A DNA stretch of 41,986 nt, from the IMG/VR virus record IMGVR_UViG_3300000574_000007, positions 1 to 41,986 of that record, one strand, 5' to 3'. Made by a program: the position numbers and the translations under genes. Every line of letters starts with the position of its first letter. The stretch's first letter is position 1. The notes beneath the pieces were generated by a model, which worked only from the letters and a program-made list of their open reading frames with translations, was not told where the DNA came from and ran no database searches. The stretch comes from a virus (lineage: Duplodnaviria; Caudoviricetes). Shown one piece after another: positions 26,381 through 34,138 of this stretch.

Positions 26381-26800
26381 TCAATCAGTATCACCAGATA
26401 CCTTGTTAGCCTGTACACGCAGGGACTTGTCGATCTGGATCAGTATGTTGGTGACCGACCCTTGTTGACCTGTAGACTGGCCAGCGGCGCGGCTGCGCAG
26501 GTAATGATCGTGGGCTATTCCAGCGCATAACATGGCCTGGTAAGGGTGAAGATCTTGTATACGTCCCAAGGACTGGTCGAGGAAACGATCCGAAGCCCTT
26601 ATCATCTTACTCTGTACTCTATCCTTAATCCGCTCAATATCCTCATCATCTATCGTTGGGTCTGTCGCCGCTCGATGTGCTGTACTACGGCCTATCCCGA
26701 GCTCATCCGCAGTCTGACGCACTGATACCCCAGATCGTATCAATGCTGCTGCTGCTGCTCGCTTACCTCTTGATACTCGCTTAGTTGCTGTTGCTGGCAT
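26381..26800 (-). CDS. Putative terminase small subunit
   Basis: N-terminal HTH (SVRQTADELGIGRSTAHR), helical core, TNILIQI C-terminal strand; upstream of terL. Confidence 0.65.
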   Translation of the reverse strand: MPATATKRVSRGKRAAAAALIRSGVSVRQTADELGIGRSTAHRAATDPTIDDEDIERIKDRVQSKMIRASDRFLDQSLGRIQDLHPYQAMLCAGIAHDHYLRSRAAGQSTGQQGSVTNILIQIDKSLRVQANKVSGDTD

Positions 26801-26867
26801 CTCGTCCCTTATCCGTCACAAGGTGAAAGGCTTAGCAAGCTCCATCCTTCGGATGTCTTGCTTCCAC

Positions 26868-27102
26868 TTGCTCTATATTTCACAATCTCGGGATGCTTGT
26901 CAAGTGTTTTTTTTCACAATCTTGTAACCCTATGATTATAGGCTAGTGGCCAGGTACGATTATGCTTGACAAGCTTGTGAAATACTTCACATGGTGACCA
27001 TGTGGGATATGCTTAATCCTACCTGATTATAGCGGTATGTGGGCTTGTGAATACCTGCACAAGCGATTATTTGTGCTTGTGAAAACGATAATAGCTTGTG
27101 AA
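26868..27102. promoter_or_regulatory. Cluster of TTGTGAA-N4-TTCACAA (Rex/CRP-type) boxes and divergent TTGACA elements
   Basis: 13/14 matches at 26975-26992 and 27045-27062; partial at 26868-26885 and 26902-26919; half-sites at 27077 and 27096; TTGACA at 26898-26903(-) and 26966-26971(+). Confidence 0.7.
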
Positions 27103-27179
27103 ATCATGGTACAAAGTCCTTGCGAACCCGCGTCAATGGCTGATTTGTAAAATAATTTGATAACTATATACGATTTCCC

Positions 27180-27207
27180 TTGACAACTATCAATATAGGT
27201 ATATATT
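27180..27207 (+). promoter_or_regulatory. Sigma70-type early promoter
   Basis: TTGACA-N16-TATATT with AT-rich upstream region. Confidence 0.75.
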
Positions 27208-27263
27208 AGTAGTATCAGAGGCGATGGACGGCAGGACAACAACTAACGACGGAGGACAGGACA

Positions 27264-27401
27264 ATGACTCGGGAAACAGTATACGCAACAATCTTAGCAG
27301 CTCAGCACGCACTTGCGAATAAAAGGGAGCAATGGCGTTGGACAATCACGCAAACCGAAAACGGATGGTATGTAGTAGTACTGCGAACTGGAAACCGTTA
27401 A
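27264..27401 (+). CDS. Early microprotein (45 aa)
   Basis: MTRETVYATILAAQHALANKREQWRWTITQTENGWYVVVLRTGNR; follows repeat A. Confidence 0.7.
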   Translation: MTRETVYATILAAQHALANKREQWRWTITQTENGWYVVVLRTGNR

Positions 27402-27423
27402 CAACTAACAGGAGAACAGGACA

Positions 27424-27504
27424 ATGAAATGGTACATGGTAGGCGGACGGCGGCGAGTGATGTATGCAATCTGGCTACAGATCAAGGGCGGGTATTGGTT
27501 TTAA
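27424..27504 (+). CDS. Early micropeptide (26 aa)
   Basis: MKWYMVGGRRRVMYAIWLQIKGGYWF; follows repeat A. Confidence 0.6.
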   Translation: MKWYMVGGRRRVMYAIWLQIKGGYWF

Positions 27505-27553
27505 CGGCCCACGTAGAGGCGGCAGGACAACAACTAACGACGGAGATAGGACA

Positions 27554-27748
27554 ATGACACACACAATCGTAGCACTTAAGACAGGGACACTAGACGCTAA
27601 CAATAACCTGGACGGATGGATTATCACCAGTAGGACAGCGACACTACACGCACCTGATGACGACCTGGTGCTACATCGTGGGGACAGGATAAGGCTCGAC
27701 GGATGGATCTATCGAGACGGGTATGCACTGGCCAAGATAGGCTACTAA
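27554..27748 (+). CDS. Early microprotein (64 aa)
   Basis: ATG 27554 follows repeat A. Confidence 0.7.
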   Translation: MTHTIVALKTGTLDANNNLDGWIITSRTATLHAPDDDLVLHRGDRIRLDGWIYRDGYALAKIGY

Positions 27749-27775
27749 CAGCCCACACGGGCAGGAGATGAGACG

Positions 27776-27904
27776 ATGAAAACCGAAACAAAGTGTGAGG
27801 TGTGTGGCAAGACTGGTAAGGCAGCGAAACAATGCGAATTTCAACGGGCTTGCTCGTGCTGGCGGGGCATACCATGCAAGGGGAAGGGGAAGGTGACGCC
27901 ATGA
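27776..27904 (+). CDS. Early Cys/Lys-rich microprotein (42 aa)
   Basis: MKTETKCEVCG...CSCW...CKGKGKVTP; AGGAG RBS. Confidence 0.65.
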   Translation: MKTETKCEVCGKTGKAAKQCEFQRACSCWRGIPCKGKGKVTP

Positions 27905-28086
27905 TGAAACTAGGAAAGCTCATCAGGCTATCGGGGACTGCCAAAGTCTATTGTACCGGGCAAGCGCACATCAGGCTTGCGCATACTGGAAGCTGGCAGA
28001 GGGTAGACGTATATCTCAAGACCGATCACGCAAATTGCGTTCCATTGCAACATCAGAAACCCTTGGCTCAAGAGGTGACGCCATGA
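27901..28086 (+). CDS. Early microprotein (61 aa)
   Basis: Bounded by repeat B at both ends. Confidence 0.65.
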   Translation: MMKLGKLIRLSGTAKVYCTGQAHIRLAHTGSWQRVDVYLKTDHANCVPLQHQKPLAQEVTP

Positions 28087-28280
28087 CGATCTTAGAGTTA
28101 TTAGACGGTCTTGACCTCGTGGGTCTTGAGTGTACATGTTGCGGAGGGGAAGCGCGGAAGCAATGCGCGGACCATGATACAGGCTATGGGGTGTGTGATC
28201 GCTGTCTCGCCAAGTATGGCCGACAAGAATTTTGCCAGATTGCTTCATGCCGAGCGCATGAGCCGGAGGTGACGCCATGA
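28083..28280 (+). CDS. Early Zn-finger-like microprotein (65 aa)
   Basis: CTCCG...DTGYGVCDRC; bounded by repeat B. Confidence 0.7.
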   Translation: MTILELLDGLDLVGLECTCCGGEARKQCADHDTGYGVCDRCLAKYGRQEFCQIASCRAHEPEVTP

Positions 28281-28432
28281 TTGCCAACGGTTACTTCGTC
28301 ATCAACGGCTTTTTCGGCTATCCCTCAATATGGTTGGCGCTTATCGTCGGCTGGGCCGTCCTGGCAATCGTGTCGCACATCGTACTAAACATCATCGCCC
28401 GCTATGACGGGCGGAAGGAGCAAGGGAAATGA
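28277..28432 (+). CDS. Early membrane microprotein (51 aa)
   Basis: IWLALIVGWAVLAIVSHIVLNII TM segment; ATGA coupling at both ends. Confidence 0.7.
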   Translation: MIANGYFVINGFFGYPSIWLALIVGWAVLAIVSHIVLNIIARYDGRKEQGK

Positions 28433-28692
28433 GCAAGCATACGCCTGGAGCAATGAGCATCACCCTTGAAACCTACATCTGCACCAGATGCGGGCACGGT
28501 GACGGTTGCCCACGGTGCAAACACGCGCCGAAGATCTGGATCCAGCGCGTACCTGGTAAGCGGCCAAGAGAGTGTAGTAACTGCCATTCGCCATACTACA
28601 TTGGTCACGGGGGACGCAGTGTCACTCGCTTGACATTTCCTGCAACAACCCTTGAGGAGTATGCGAATGTCCTCACTGGGAAACGGCGATAA
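28429..28692 (+). CDS. Zinc-ribbon protein
   Basis: CTRCGHGDGCPRC...W.QR...PRECSNCHSPYY. Confidence 0.75.
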   Translation: MSKHTPGAMSITLETYICTRCGHGDGCPRCKHAPKIWIQRVPGKRPRECSNCHSPYYIGHGGRSVTRLTFPATTLEEYANVLTGKRR

Positions 28693-28708
28693 AGGGAAGG
28701 GTAGGAAA

Positions 28709-28900
28709 ATGATAACGACAAGGCTCGACAATGGGCTAACAGTCCTGGGTAAGCTCTACAAGGGCGAAGTGACGGCGCTTGCCTATGCGAACCGAACCCA
28801 GGCCAGGAAGAAAGCAGACGAAATCGGCGGAACCGTATATCACCGGCAAGGCCCTTTTTACGTTGCACTGCCGACGGCAAGAAAGACGGTGACGCCATGA
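28709..28900 (+). CDS. Early microprotein (63 aa)
   Basis: ATG 28709 with purine-rich RBS; ends VTP. Confidence 0.7.
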   Translation: MITTRLDNGLTVLGKLYKGEVTALAYANRTQARKKADEIGGTVYHRQGPFYVALPTARKTVTP

Positions 28901-29115
28901 CCACTCCAACGACCATCACGCTACCCCTACTTGTCTGCCTGCGTTGCGGCCATGGCGACGATTGCCGACGCTGCACTAAGCACAAAAAGGATTCGATGCG
29001 CTGGGTCCAGCTCGGCGTAGAGACGCCCCGGCAATGTCCATCGTGTCATAGCTGCTACTGGGACAGGCCCTGGCCTGAAGGCAAGGGGCCGAGAAAGGGA
29101 AAGGTGACGCCATGA
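28897..29115 (+). CDS. Zinc-ribbon protein, paralogue of 28429-28692
   Basis: CLRCGHGDDCRRC...WVQ...PRQCPSCHSCYW. Confidence 0.75.
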   Translation: MTTPTTITLPLLVCLRCGHGDDCRRCTKHKKDSMRWVQLGVETPRQCPSCHSCYWDRPWPEGKGPRKGKVTP

Positions 29116-29246
29116 CACACACTATCACAGCCTTAACTATCTCCCTTGCGTTTGCCGCGCTGATCGCCTGGCTATCACCTATCACAATTCAATGTTGGAC
29201 GTTAGCAATAGACGGCTTTAAGGGCGTCATCGAGGCGCTACAATGA
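29112..29246 (+). CDS. Membrane microprotein (44 aa)
   Basis: MTHTITALTISLAFAALIAWLSP...; follows repeat B. Confidence 0.6.
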   Translation: MTHTITALTISLAFAALIAWLSPITIQCWTLAIDGFKGVIEALQ

Positions 29247-29326
29247 CCCCGGCAGAAGCTATCGCTATCCTGTTCGTGGCCATAATGCTATATCGCGTCG
29301 TAAGGGCCTTCATCGGCGGCCGCTAA
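29243..29326 (+). CDS. Membrane micropeptide (27 aa)
   Basis: MTPAEAIAILFVAIMLYRVVRAFIGGR; ATGA-coupled; followed by terminator. Confidence 0.55.
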   Translation: MTPAEAIAILFVAIMLYRVVRAFIGGR

Positions 29327-29332
29327 CCAAGG

Positions 29333-29368
29333 AAGAGGGGTCGGCTAGTCGAGCGGCCCCTCTTTTCC
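29333..29368 (+). terminator. Intrinsic terminator at convergent junction
   Basis: AAGAGGGGTCG...CGGCCCCTCTT stem running into TTTT. Confidence 0.7.
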
Positions 29369-29824
29369 ATGCTCCGCCTTATGACAGTCCACGCACACCA
29401 CCTCGAGCAGTGACGGGTCAACCAGGAGCTGCTCGAATATCAGATCAATAATTTTCTCCCACTGGGCTATACCTTCTCGATGGTGTACCTGCACGCCTAC
29501 TTCTCGACCTTTGGCCTTGCTCGCCTTGACTCCGCATCGCTCGCACGAATTGCCAGCGAGTTTGAGACGGGCAGCTCGCTCCCTGGACCGGAGATATAAT
29601 TGCCTTAATGCTGCCCGGACTCTACTTCGAGGGGTAGTAGGGAGTTTGCGGGACTTCTTGGCTGGCTTGGGTGTATCCGTTTTGATACGCTTGCCCGAAA
29701 TAGGCCCCTCTTTTTTCTTGCCCCTTGTGCTGATACCTCCGAAGCCCTGTTTTGCCCGTCCTGGACCGCTCAGCGCGTCAGGAACGATTTTAGAGGGTCG
29801 GTACATCGCCCCTTCGCTCATCAC
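29345..29824 (-). CDS. HNH endonuclease (NinG-like position)
   Basis: CERCG...VHH...LEVVCVDCH; start taken at the GTGA overlap. Confidence 0.75.
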   Translation of the reverse strand: MMSEGAMYRPSKIVPDALSGPGRAKQGFGGISTRGKKKEGPISGKRIKTDTPKPAKKSRKLPTTPRSRVRAALRQLYLRSRERAARLKLAGNSCERCGVKASKAKGREVGVQVHHREGIAQWEKIIDLIFEQLLVDPSLLEVVCVDCHKAEHGKEGPLD

Positions 29825-30150
29825 AGGGCCTCGATCTGTGCAGTCGCCCATCGGACTCCCTTTGGCCTCACCTCTCTCTCTGCCTCTCGCTGTGCTAGTC
29901 TCAATATGGCATAACCCGCCAAGTCCCGCCATGCGTCCTCCGGATCATCGGCCCTGGCCGTCGCGATCCGCTTGAGCTTATCGAGCATCCTCACGATGGT
30001 GAGCAGGTCGGCGTATTGATCGACGCGCACCCCATCGGGGTAGAGCAGCGCGAGGATCTTCGGCGCGGTGCCCACGCTATCGCCGTATTGGGCCTGTTTG
30101 GTCTCCAGGAGCTCTGCGATAGATTGAGCGATGTCGCCATAGCGTATCAT
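29821..30150 (-). CDS. Nucleotide-modification-associated domain 1 (DUF1599-like) protein
   Basis: K...YGDS, VRM.DKL.RI, D...DLAGYAIL. Confidence 0.7.
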   Translation of the reverse strand: MIRYGDIAQSIAELLETKQAQYGDSVGTAPKILALLYPDGVRVDQYADLLTIVRMLDKLKRIATARADDPEDAWRDLAGYAILRLAQREAEREVRPKGVRWATAQIEAL

Positions 30151-30293
30151 TCCCCCAACACCCATTGCAGCTCCGCCATGGCTGTCACAGCAAGGTTCCA
30201 ATCCTCGCCACCGACACCACCCTTCACCTCCTCGTCTTCAACCTCCCGCTGACGCATTGCAATCCGCTCCCGTATCTCCGCCTCAGTTTTCAT
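30147..30293 (-). CDS. Small hypothetical protein (48 aa), not in the ORF track
   Basis: MKTEAEIRERI...LQWVLGE; GGAGGAG RBS; ATGA overlap. Confidence 0.7.
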   Translation of the reverse strand: MKTEAEIRERIAMRQREVEDEEVKGGVGGEDWNLAVTAMAELQWVLGE

Positions 30294-30624
30294 CACGCTC
30301 CTCCTCCTTCACCAATTCCTCAATCCCACAGTTCAACGCCGCCGCCAGTTTGAGTAGCACCAGTAGTGTCGGATTAGGTGTACCGAACTCGCCTATACCC
30401 TGCTCAATCCCCCTGATTGTACTGGCGCTTACCTCTGCCTCTTTCGCCAGCCTGCTCACGCTCAACCCCCGTTCCGCCATCAGCCGCTTGAGATTGCGCG
30501 GGAGGGCGGAGGCGGACTGCCGTGGCCGAGGAGCGAGTACGATCATTCCGTTGCCCCGCGTCTGTGTGCGTGGGACTGGCGGCGCTGCCCCGATAAAGGC
30601 CCGCCATGTATCAAGCCAGCTCAT
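30283..30624 (-). CDS. Cro/CI-type (XRE) HTH regulator
   Basis: NLKRLM.ERGLS...LA..A.VS.STI..IE.G...NPTL..L.KLA.AL. Confidence 0.9.
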   Translation of the reverse strand: MSWLDTWRAFIGAAPPVPRTQTRGNGMIVLAPRPRQSASALPRNLKRLMAERGLSVSRLAKEAEVSASTIRGIEQGIGEFGTPNPTLLVLLKLAAALNCGIEELVKEEERDEN

Positions 30625-31769
30625 CTCTCACCTCCTGCGAATAACGGTAATCCCTCAGTCTTCAACTCCGTCTCCTTGTTCTCAACCCGCACCTGGGCCT
30701 GTCGCAAATAGTCCACATTGAGATCAATCCCCACAAAGCGCCGTTGCGTCTTGCGACAAACCACACCAACAGTTCCGCTACCGGTGAAGGGATCGAGGAC
30801 CACATCGCCAGAACGTGAGCCAGCAAGGACGCAGGGCGTGACAAGGGCCTGGGGGAAGGTGGCAAAGTGAGCGCCCTTATATGGCTCGGTGGCGATGGTC
30901 CAGACAGAGCGGAGATTGCGGCCAACTATCTTCCAATCTACGCCAAAGTAGGCATCTCCCAAGTTGTTTCCGGTGCGTGTTCCTGTAGGATGGGCCTCCT
31001 TGGTAATGGCTCTCCCCGTCTTTCTGGCATCATCATTTTTCCCAGTTGCACCCGCCTTTGAATGTGTAAGGCCAGTTCCCCGCTCCTTCACTGCTTCTCG
31101 GTCCCAATAATATCTCGCGCTCTTCGTGAGCAAGAAGAGATATTCGTGGCTGCGCGTCGGTCGGTCTATCACGCTCTCAGGCATGGGGTTCGGCTTCGCC
31201 CAGATGATGTCTGAGCGTAGCCACCAGCCGTCAGCTTGAAGCGCGAAGGCGACGCGCCAGGGAATGCCTACGAGGTCTTTTGTTTTGATGCCATCAGGAG
31301 TGACAAACTTACGCGTCTCGTACCAAGAACCAGCATTGCTTTCCTGCTTATCTGACGGGCCTCCGCTGCCTTTCGTAGTGCTGAAATAACTATCCCCGAG
31401 ATTCAGCCACAGCGTCCCATCGTCGCGCAGCACCCGCCGCACTTCGCGGAACACGGCGACCATCTTCTCGACGTATTCTTGCGGCGTGGATTCGAGGCCG
31501 AGCTGGGAGTCGATGCGATGCGCTCCACATTTGCCGCAGTCACCACCCATCGCACCGGCTCCGTCCCGATTACGCTGCGCTCGGTCGTCAACGATGCCGT
31601 CGGCTCGACCAGCTCCGGGACGCCCCCGCTGATGTGCGCAAGCTGGATCGCCACCTTCCCACTTCGCCGTGCCATAGTCCCGCAGGCCCCAATACGGCGG
31701 CGACGTGACGACACAATGCACCGACTCATCACGCAAGGGCAGATGAAGGGCATTACCTTGGATCAGCAT
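30621..31769 (-). CDS. DNA methyltransferase, beta-class N4C/N6A family
   Basis: TSPPY motif IV before DPFTGSGT motif I; IIWAKPNPMPES; HFATFP. Confidence 0.92.
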   Translation of the reverse strand: MLIQGNALHLPLRDESVHCVVTSPPYWGLRDYGTAKWEGGDPACAHQRGRPGAGRADGIVDDRAQRNRDGAGAMGGDCGKCGAHRIDSQLGLESTPQEYVEKMVAVFREVRRVLRDDGTLWLNLGDSYFSTTKGSGGPSDKQESNAGSWYETRKFVTPDGIKTKDLVGIPWRVAFALQADGWWLRSDIIWAKPNPMPESVIDRPTRSHEYLFLLTKSARYYWDREAVKERGTGLTHSKAGATGKNDDARKTGRAITKEAHPTGTRTGNNLGDAYFGVDWKIVGRNLRSVWTIATEPYKGAHFATFPQALVTPCVLAGSRSGDVVLDPFTGSGTVGVVCRKTQRRFVGIDLNVDYLRQAQVRVENKETELKTEGLPLFAGGER

Positions 31770-31942
31770 ATCCCCAACTCCCCTTGCGCCTCATCCGGGC
31801 GCTCTTGATTGCGTCGTTCAGCCTCAGCCTTCGCCTCTGAGAGGAAGGCGAACAGCTCCGTACCCTCATCTGGTGGATAACTGTCGGCATTGAGCACCAT
31901 GTACCGGTCGGTGTCGCACATTCGCCAGAGGTAATAGGCCAC
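31763..31942 (-). CDS. Hypothetical protein (59 aa)
   Basis: GTG start after AAGGAG; fills gap and overlaps MTase start. Confidence 0.5.
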   Translation of the reverse strand: MAYYLWRMCDTDRYMVLNADSYPPDEGTELFAFLSEAKAEAERRNQERPDEAQGELGIC

Positions 31943-31944
31943 GC

Positions 31945-32103
31945 TTAATCCACTCCTTCCTCAGTGATACGTTCCTGCTCAATGATAATTGCATCAAGCT
32001 GCCGTGAGAGTTCCACGTCAAAATGCTCCGCAAGCTGCTGTTCCAACCAGCGGCGCCGGAGGCTGAGAACAAGCGCCGAAAGGATAGGGCGAAGAGGGGT
32101 CAT
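31945..32103 (-). CDS. Hypothetical protein (52 aa)
   Basis: ATGA-coupled; MTPLRPILSALVLSLRRRWLEQQL. Confidence 0.5.
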   Translation of the reverse strand: MTPLRPILSALVLSLRRRWLEQQLAEHFDVELSRQLDAIIIEQERITEEGVD

Positions 32104-32381
32104 GGAGTATGCCGTACAAGGAAATCTTCTAACGCATCAGCAAGCCCTCTGTGCCCCACAATCTTGTCAAGAAGAACCTTTTCCCTTCCAATCGGCTCAT
32201 CAGTTCCTAGCTCTAATCCAGTAACACACTGGTTATCGTTCAGGTCGGGAGTCCCTAATATCACCTTGAAGTTTGTTGTAAAGTGCATGATAGTAAAGTG
32301 TCCATCGGCTTTTTTCCGTGCAATCTCTGATACGCGCACGAGTAATCGCAAGAGTTCCCCACTGCTACACGTATCCATCAT
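32100..32381 (-). CDS. Hypothetical protein
   Basis: 93 aa; coupled to helicase stop. Confidence 0.6.
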   Translation of the reverse strand: MMDTCSSGELLRLLVRVSEIARKKADGHFTIMHFTTNFKVILGTPDLNDNQCVTGLELGTDEPIGREKVLLDKIVGHRGLADALEDFLVRHTP

Positions 32382-34138
32382 CTCATCTCTCCTGTCATTT
32401 CCATCGGCGTAGCCTCTCGAAACCGATGATACTCGCCTTCGAAATACAGCGTCACATCTCGCTGGGCAGCATGTCGTCCTTTAGCGAGCCGCACAAGGGT
32501 CAGTGGGCTCATCGTGTCTTGCTCTCCGTCTGCCTCAATAGTGGCCTCACGGCCTTTGGTTTTCCCTATCATGTCCCGATGGAGAATAACCATCTGGTCG
32601 CAATCGGAATAAAGGTCCACGGTGTCTTTGAAATCCCATGGGGTCATCACCATGCCTGGCACAAGTTTCCGTGGTTGGGCAATGACAACGATCGGAATTT
32701 CCATTTCCATAGCCAGCGCCTTAAACTCCTTACTCAACACGCTGACCTCTTCGCTTCGATGGTCTGTGCTCCGGGCCATGGCATGAATGTTGTCGAATAT
32801 GAGCAACCGCAATCCATAACGGCGAATCGCCTGCCGAAGCAATTCAAACAGGTCTTTGGGTTTTGTGATTTTTGGGTTGGCCCCCAGGTAGAGCGGCCAC
32901 TGGACAAGATCATGGCGAGCCTGAGCAATCACCTCAGCGTCAATCTGCTCTTCCGTGCGCCTGTAGTGTGTACATACCACGTGTTGAATCAATTCACTGA
33001 TATGCATTTCGAGACAATACACCATAGCTGGGTAGCCACTCGCTGCCCAATGTGCGGCAACGTTGAGAACCCAAGATGTTTTCCCAGTCCCTTGCGGAGC
33101 GCCGATGAGAATCATATTTCCCGGTCGCCAGGCTTTGAGCCGCCGGTTGACGGTCTGCCATGGCGTCACCTCGGCAATGCTGTCTGTCACCTGATGGCGC
33201 TTGTCGGCCTCCAACCGATCGAGGGCTTGCGGGACACTACAGACTGACGGAATATCAAATCGGACCATACGAGCTAGACAGACTTCAAGGTCCTCACGGG
33301 TCCCACCGCTGGCGACGATCTCCCCCACATCTTTTATCCCGGCTGGCAATGGAACAAACCACGCTCGCTCATATCCGATCCGGCGCCCAACATCCCTCGC
33401 CCCTTTGCGCCCTACCTCGTCATTGTCATAGGCCAAATAGACCGCCTCTTTCTTAGCAAGCGCATCAATCGCGGCAACCGGCAGACTGCTTTCTCCGGTG
33501 GTGCTGCCAACGACATTCTCAAAACCCATCGACAATAACGCCAGGGCGTCGGCTTCGCCACTGGTCAAAATCACGTCGGTGTGTTGAGTGATCGCATCGA
33601 GGTTGTACAGCACCGATTCACACCCTTTTTCACGGTCGAACCGAGTCCCAGCCTTCTCATGGTACGCTGGGAGCACTCGGTATTTGATCCCCTTACACTG
33701 ACCTTGTGTGAGCCACGGATAAGCCAGCCACTTTCCACGTTGGTCGATACGCAAGCCGATCTTGTGCTGTACCAATACCTCATGTTTCCACTTCCGGGCG
33801 TCGAGACAATAAGCAAGTGCCTCACTGTCAGCCATCAGTGCCGCGTGAAATATCTCAACTTGTTCCATCGGAATACGTTTGAACGGCTGGGGTTTTAAGG
33901 CATCCTGCATCGAATAGACACCTGCCCACCGATCCCCAGTGTTCAACCCCATACGCCGCTTGAGCTGGTAGAGATTACCTGCCTCCCCGCATCGCTGGCA
34001 CTTCCATGCTCCGGTGTCCTGGTTGATGTACAAGTGATTCGGTTTATCACACAGCGGGCATCCCGTCACCAATTCCCGGCCTTGACGCTTAAACTGCCAC
34101 CCCTGCTCTCGTAGAAACTCCTCTGGGTCGAGTTTCAT
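32378..34138 (-). CDS. Primase-helicase, T7 gp4/Twinkle-like (Zn finger, TOPRIM, SF4 helicase)
   Basis: CPLC...CQRC; YDND; APQGTGKT Walker A; LEM; IFDNI; IAQPRK. Confidence 0.9.
   Translation of the reverse strand: MKLDPEEFLREQGWQFKRQGRELVTGCPLCDKPNHLYINQDTGAWKCQRCGEAGNLYQLKRRMGLNTGDRWAGVYSMQDALKPQPFKRIPMEQVEIFHAALMADSEALAYCLDARKWKHEVLVQHKIGLRIDQRGKWLAYPWLTQGQCKGIKYRVLPAYHEKAGTRFDREKGCESVLYNLDAITQHTDVILTSGEADALALLSMGFENVVGSTTGESSLPVAAIDALAKKEAVYLAYDNDEVGRKGARDVGRRIGYERAWFVPLPAGIKDVGEIVASGGTREDLEVCLARMVRFDIPSVCSVPQALDRLEADKRHQVTDSIAEVTPWQTVNRRLKAWRPGNMILIGAPQGTGKTSWVLNVAAHWAASGYPAMVYCLEMHISELIQHVVCTHYRRTEEQIDAEVIAQARHDLVQWPLYLGANPKITKPKDLFELLRQAIRRYGLRLLIFDNIHAMARSTDHRSEEVSVLSKEFKALAMEMEIPIVVIAQPRKLVPGMVMTPWDFKDTVDLYSDCDQMVILHRDMIGKTKGREATIEADGEQDTMSPLTLVRLAKGRHAAQRDVTLYFEGEYHRFREATPMEMTGEMR

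Larger units (their letters stand above)
27229..27558 (+). repeat. Start-associated repeat A (27229-27268, 27400-27427, 27520-27558)
   Basis: cggcaggacaacaactaacgacggag..aggacaATGA; 26 nt identical in copies 1 and 3. Confidence 0.9.
27892..29115 (+). repeat. Junction repeat B, GGTGACGCCATGA x5 (27892, 28074, 28268, 28888, 29103)
   Basis: Five exact 13-mers, each supplying the stop of one gene (VTP*) and the SD plus ATG of the next. Confidence 0.95.

Noticed and set aside
27229-29115. CRISPR array
   Set aside because: Repeats are separated by roughly 90-600 nt of coding sequence of irregular length; no cas genes
32318-33247. Plus-strand 309-aa ORF
   Set aside because: Shadow of the helicase domain on the opposite strand
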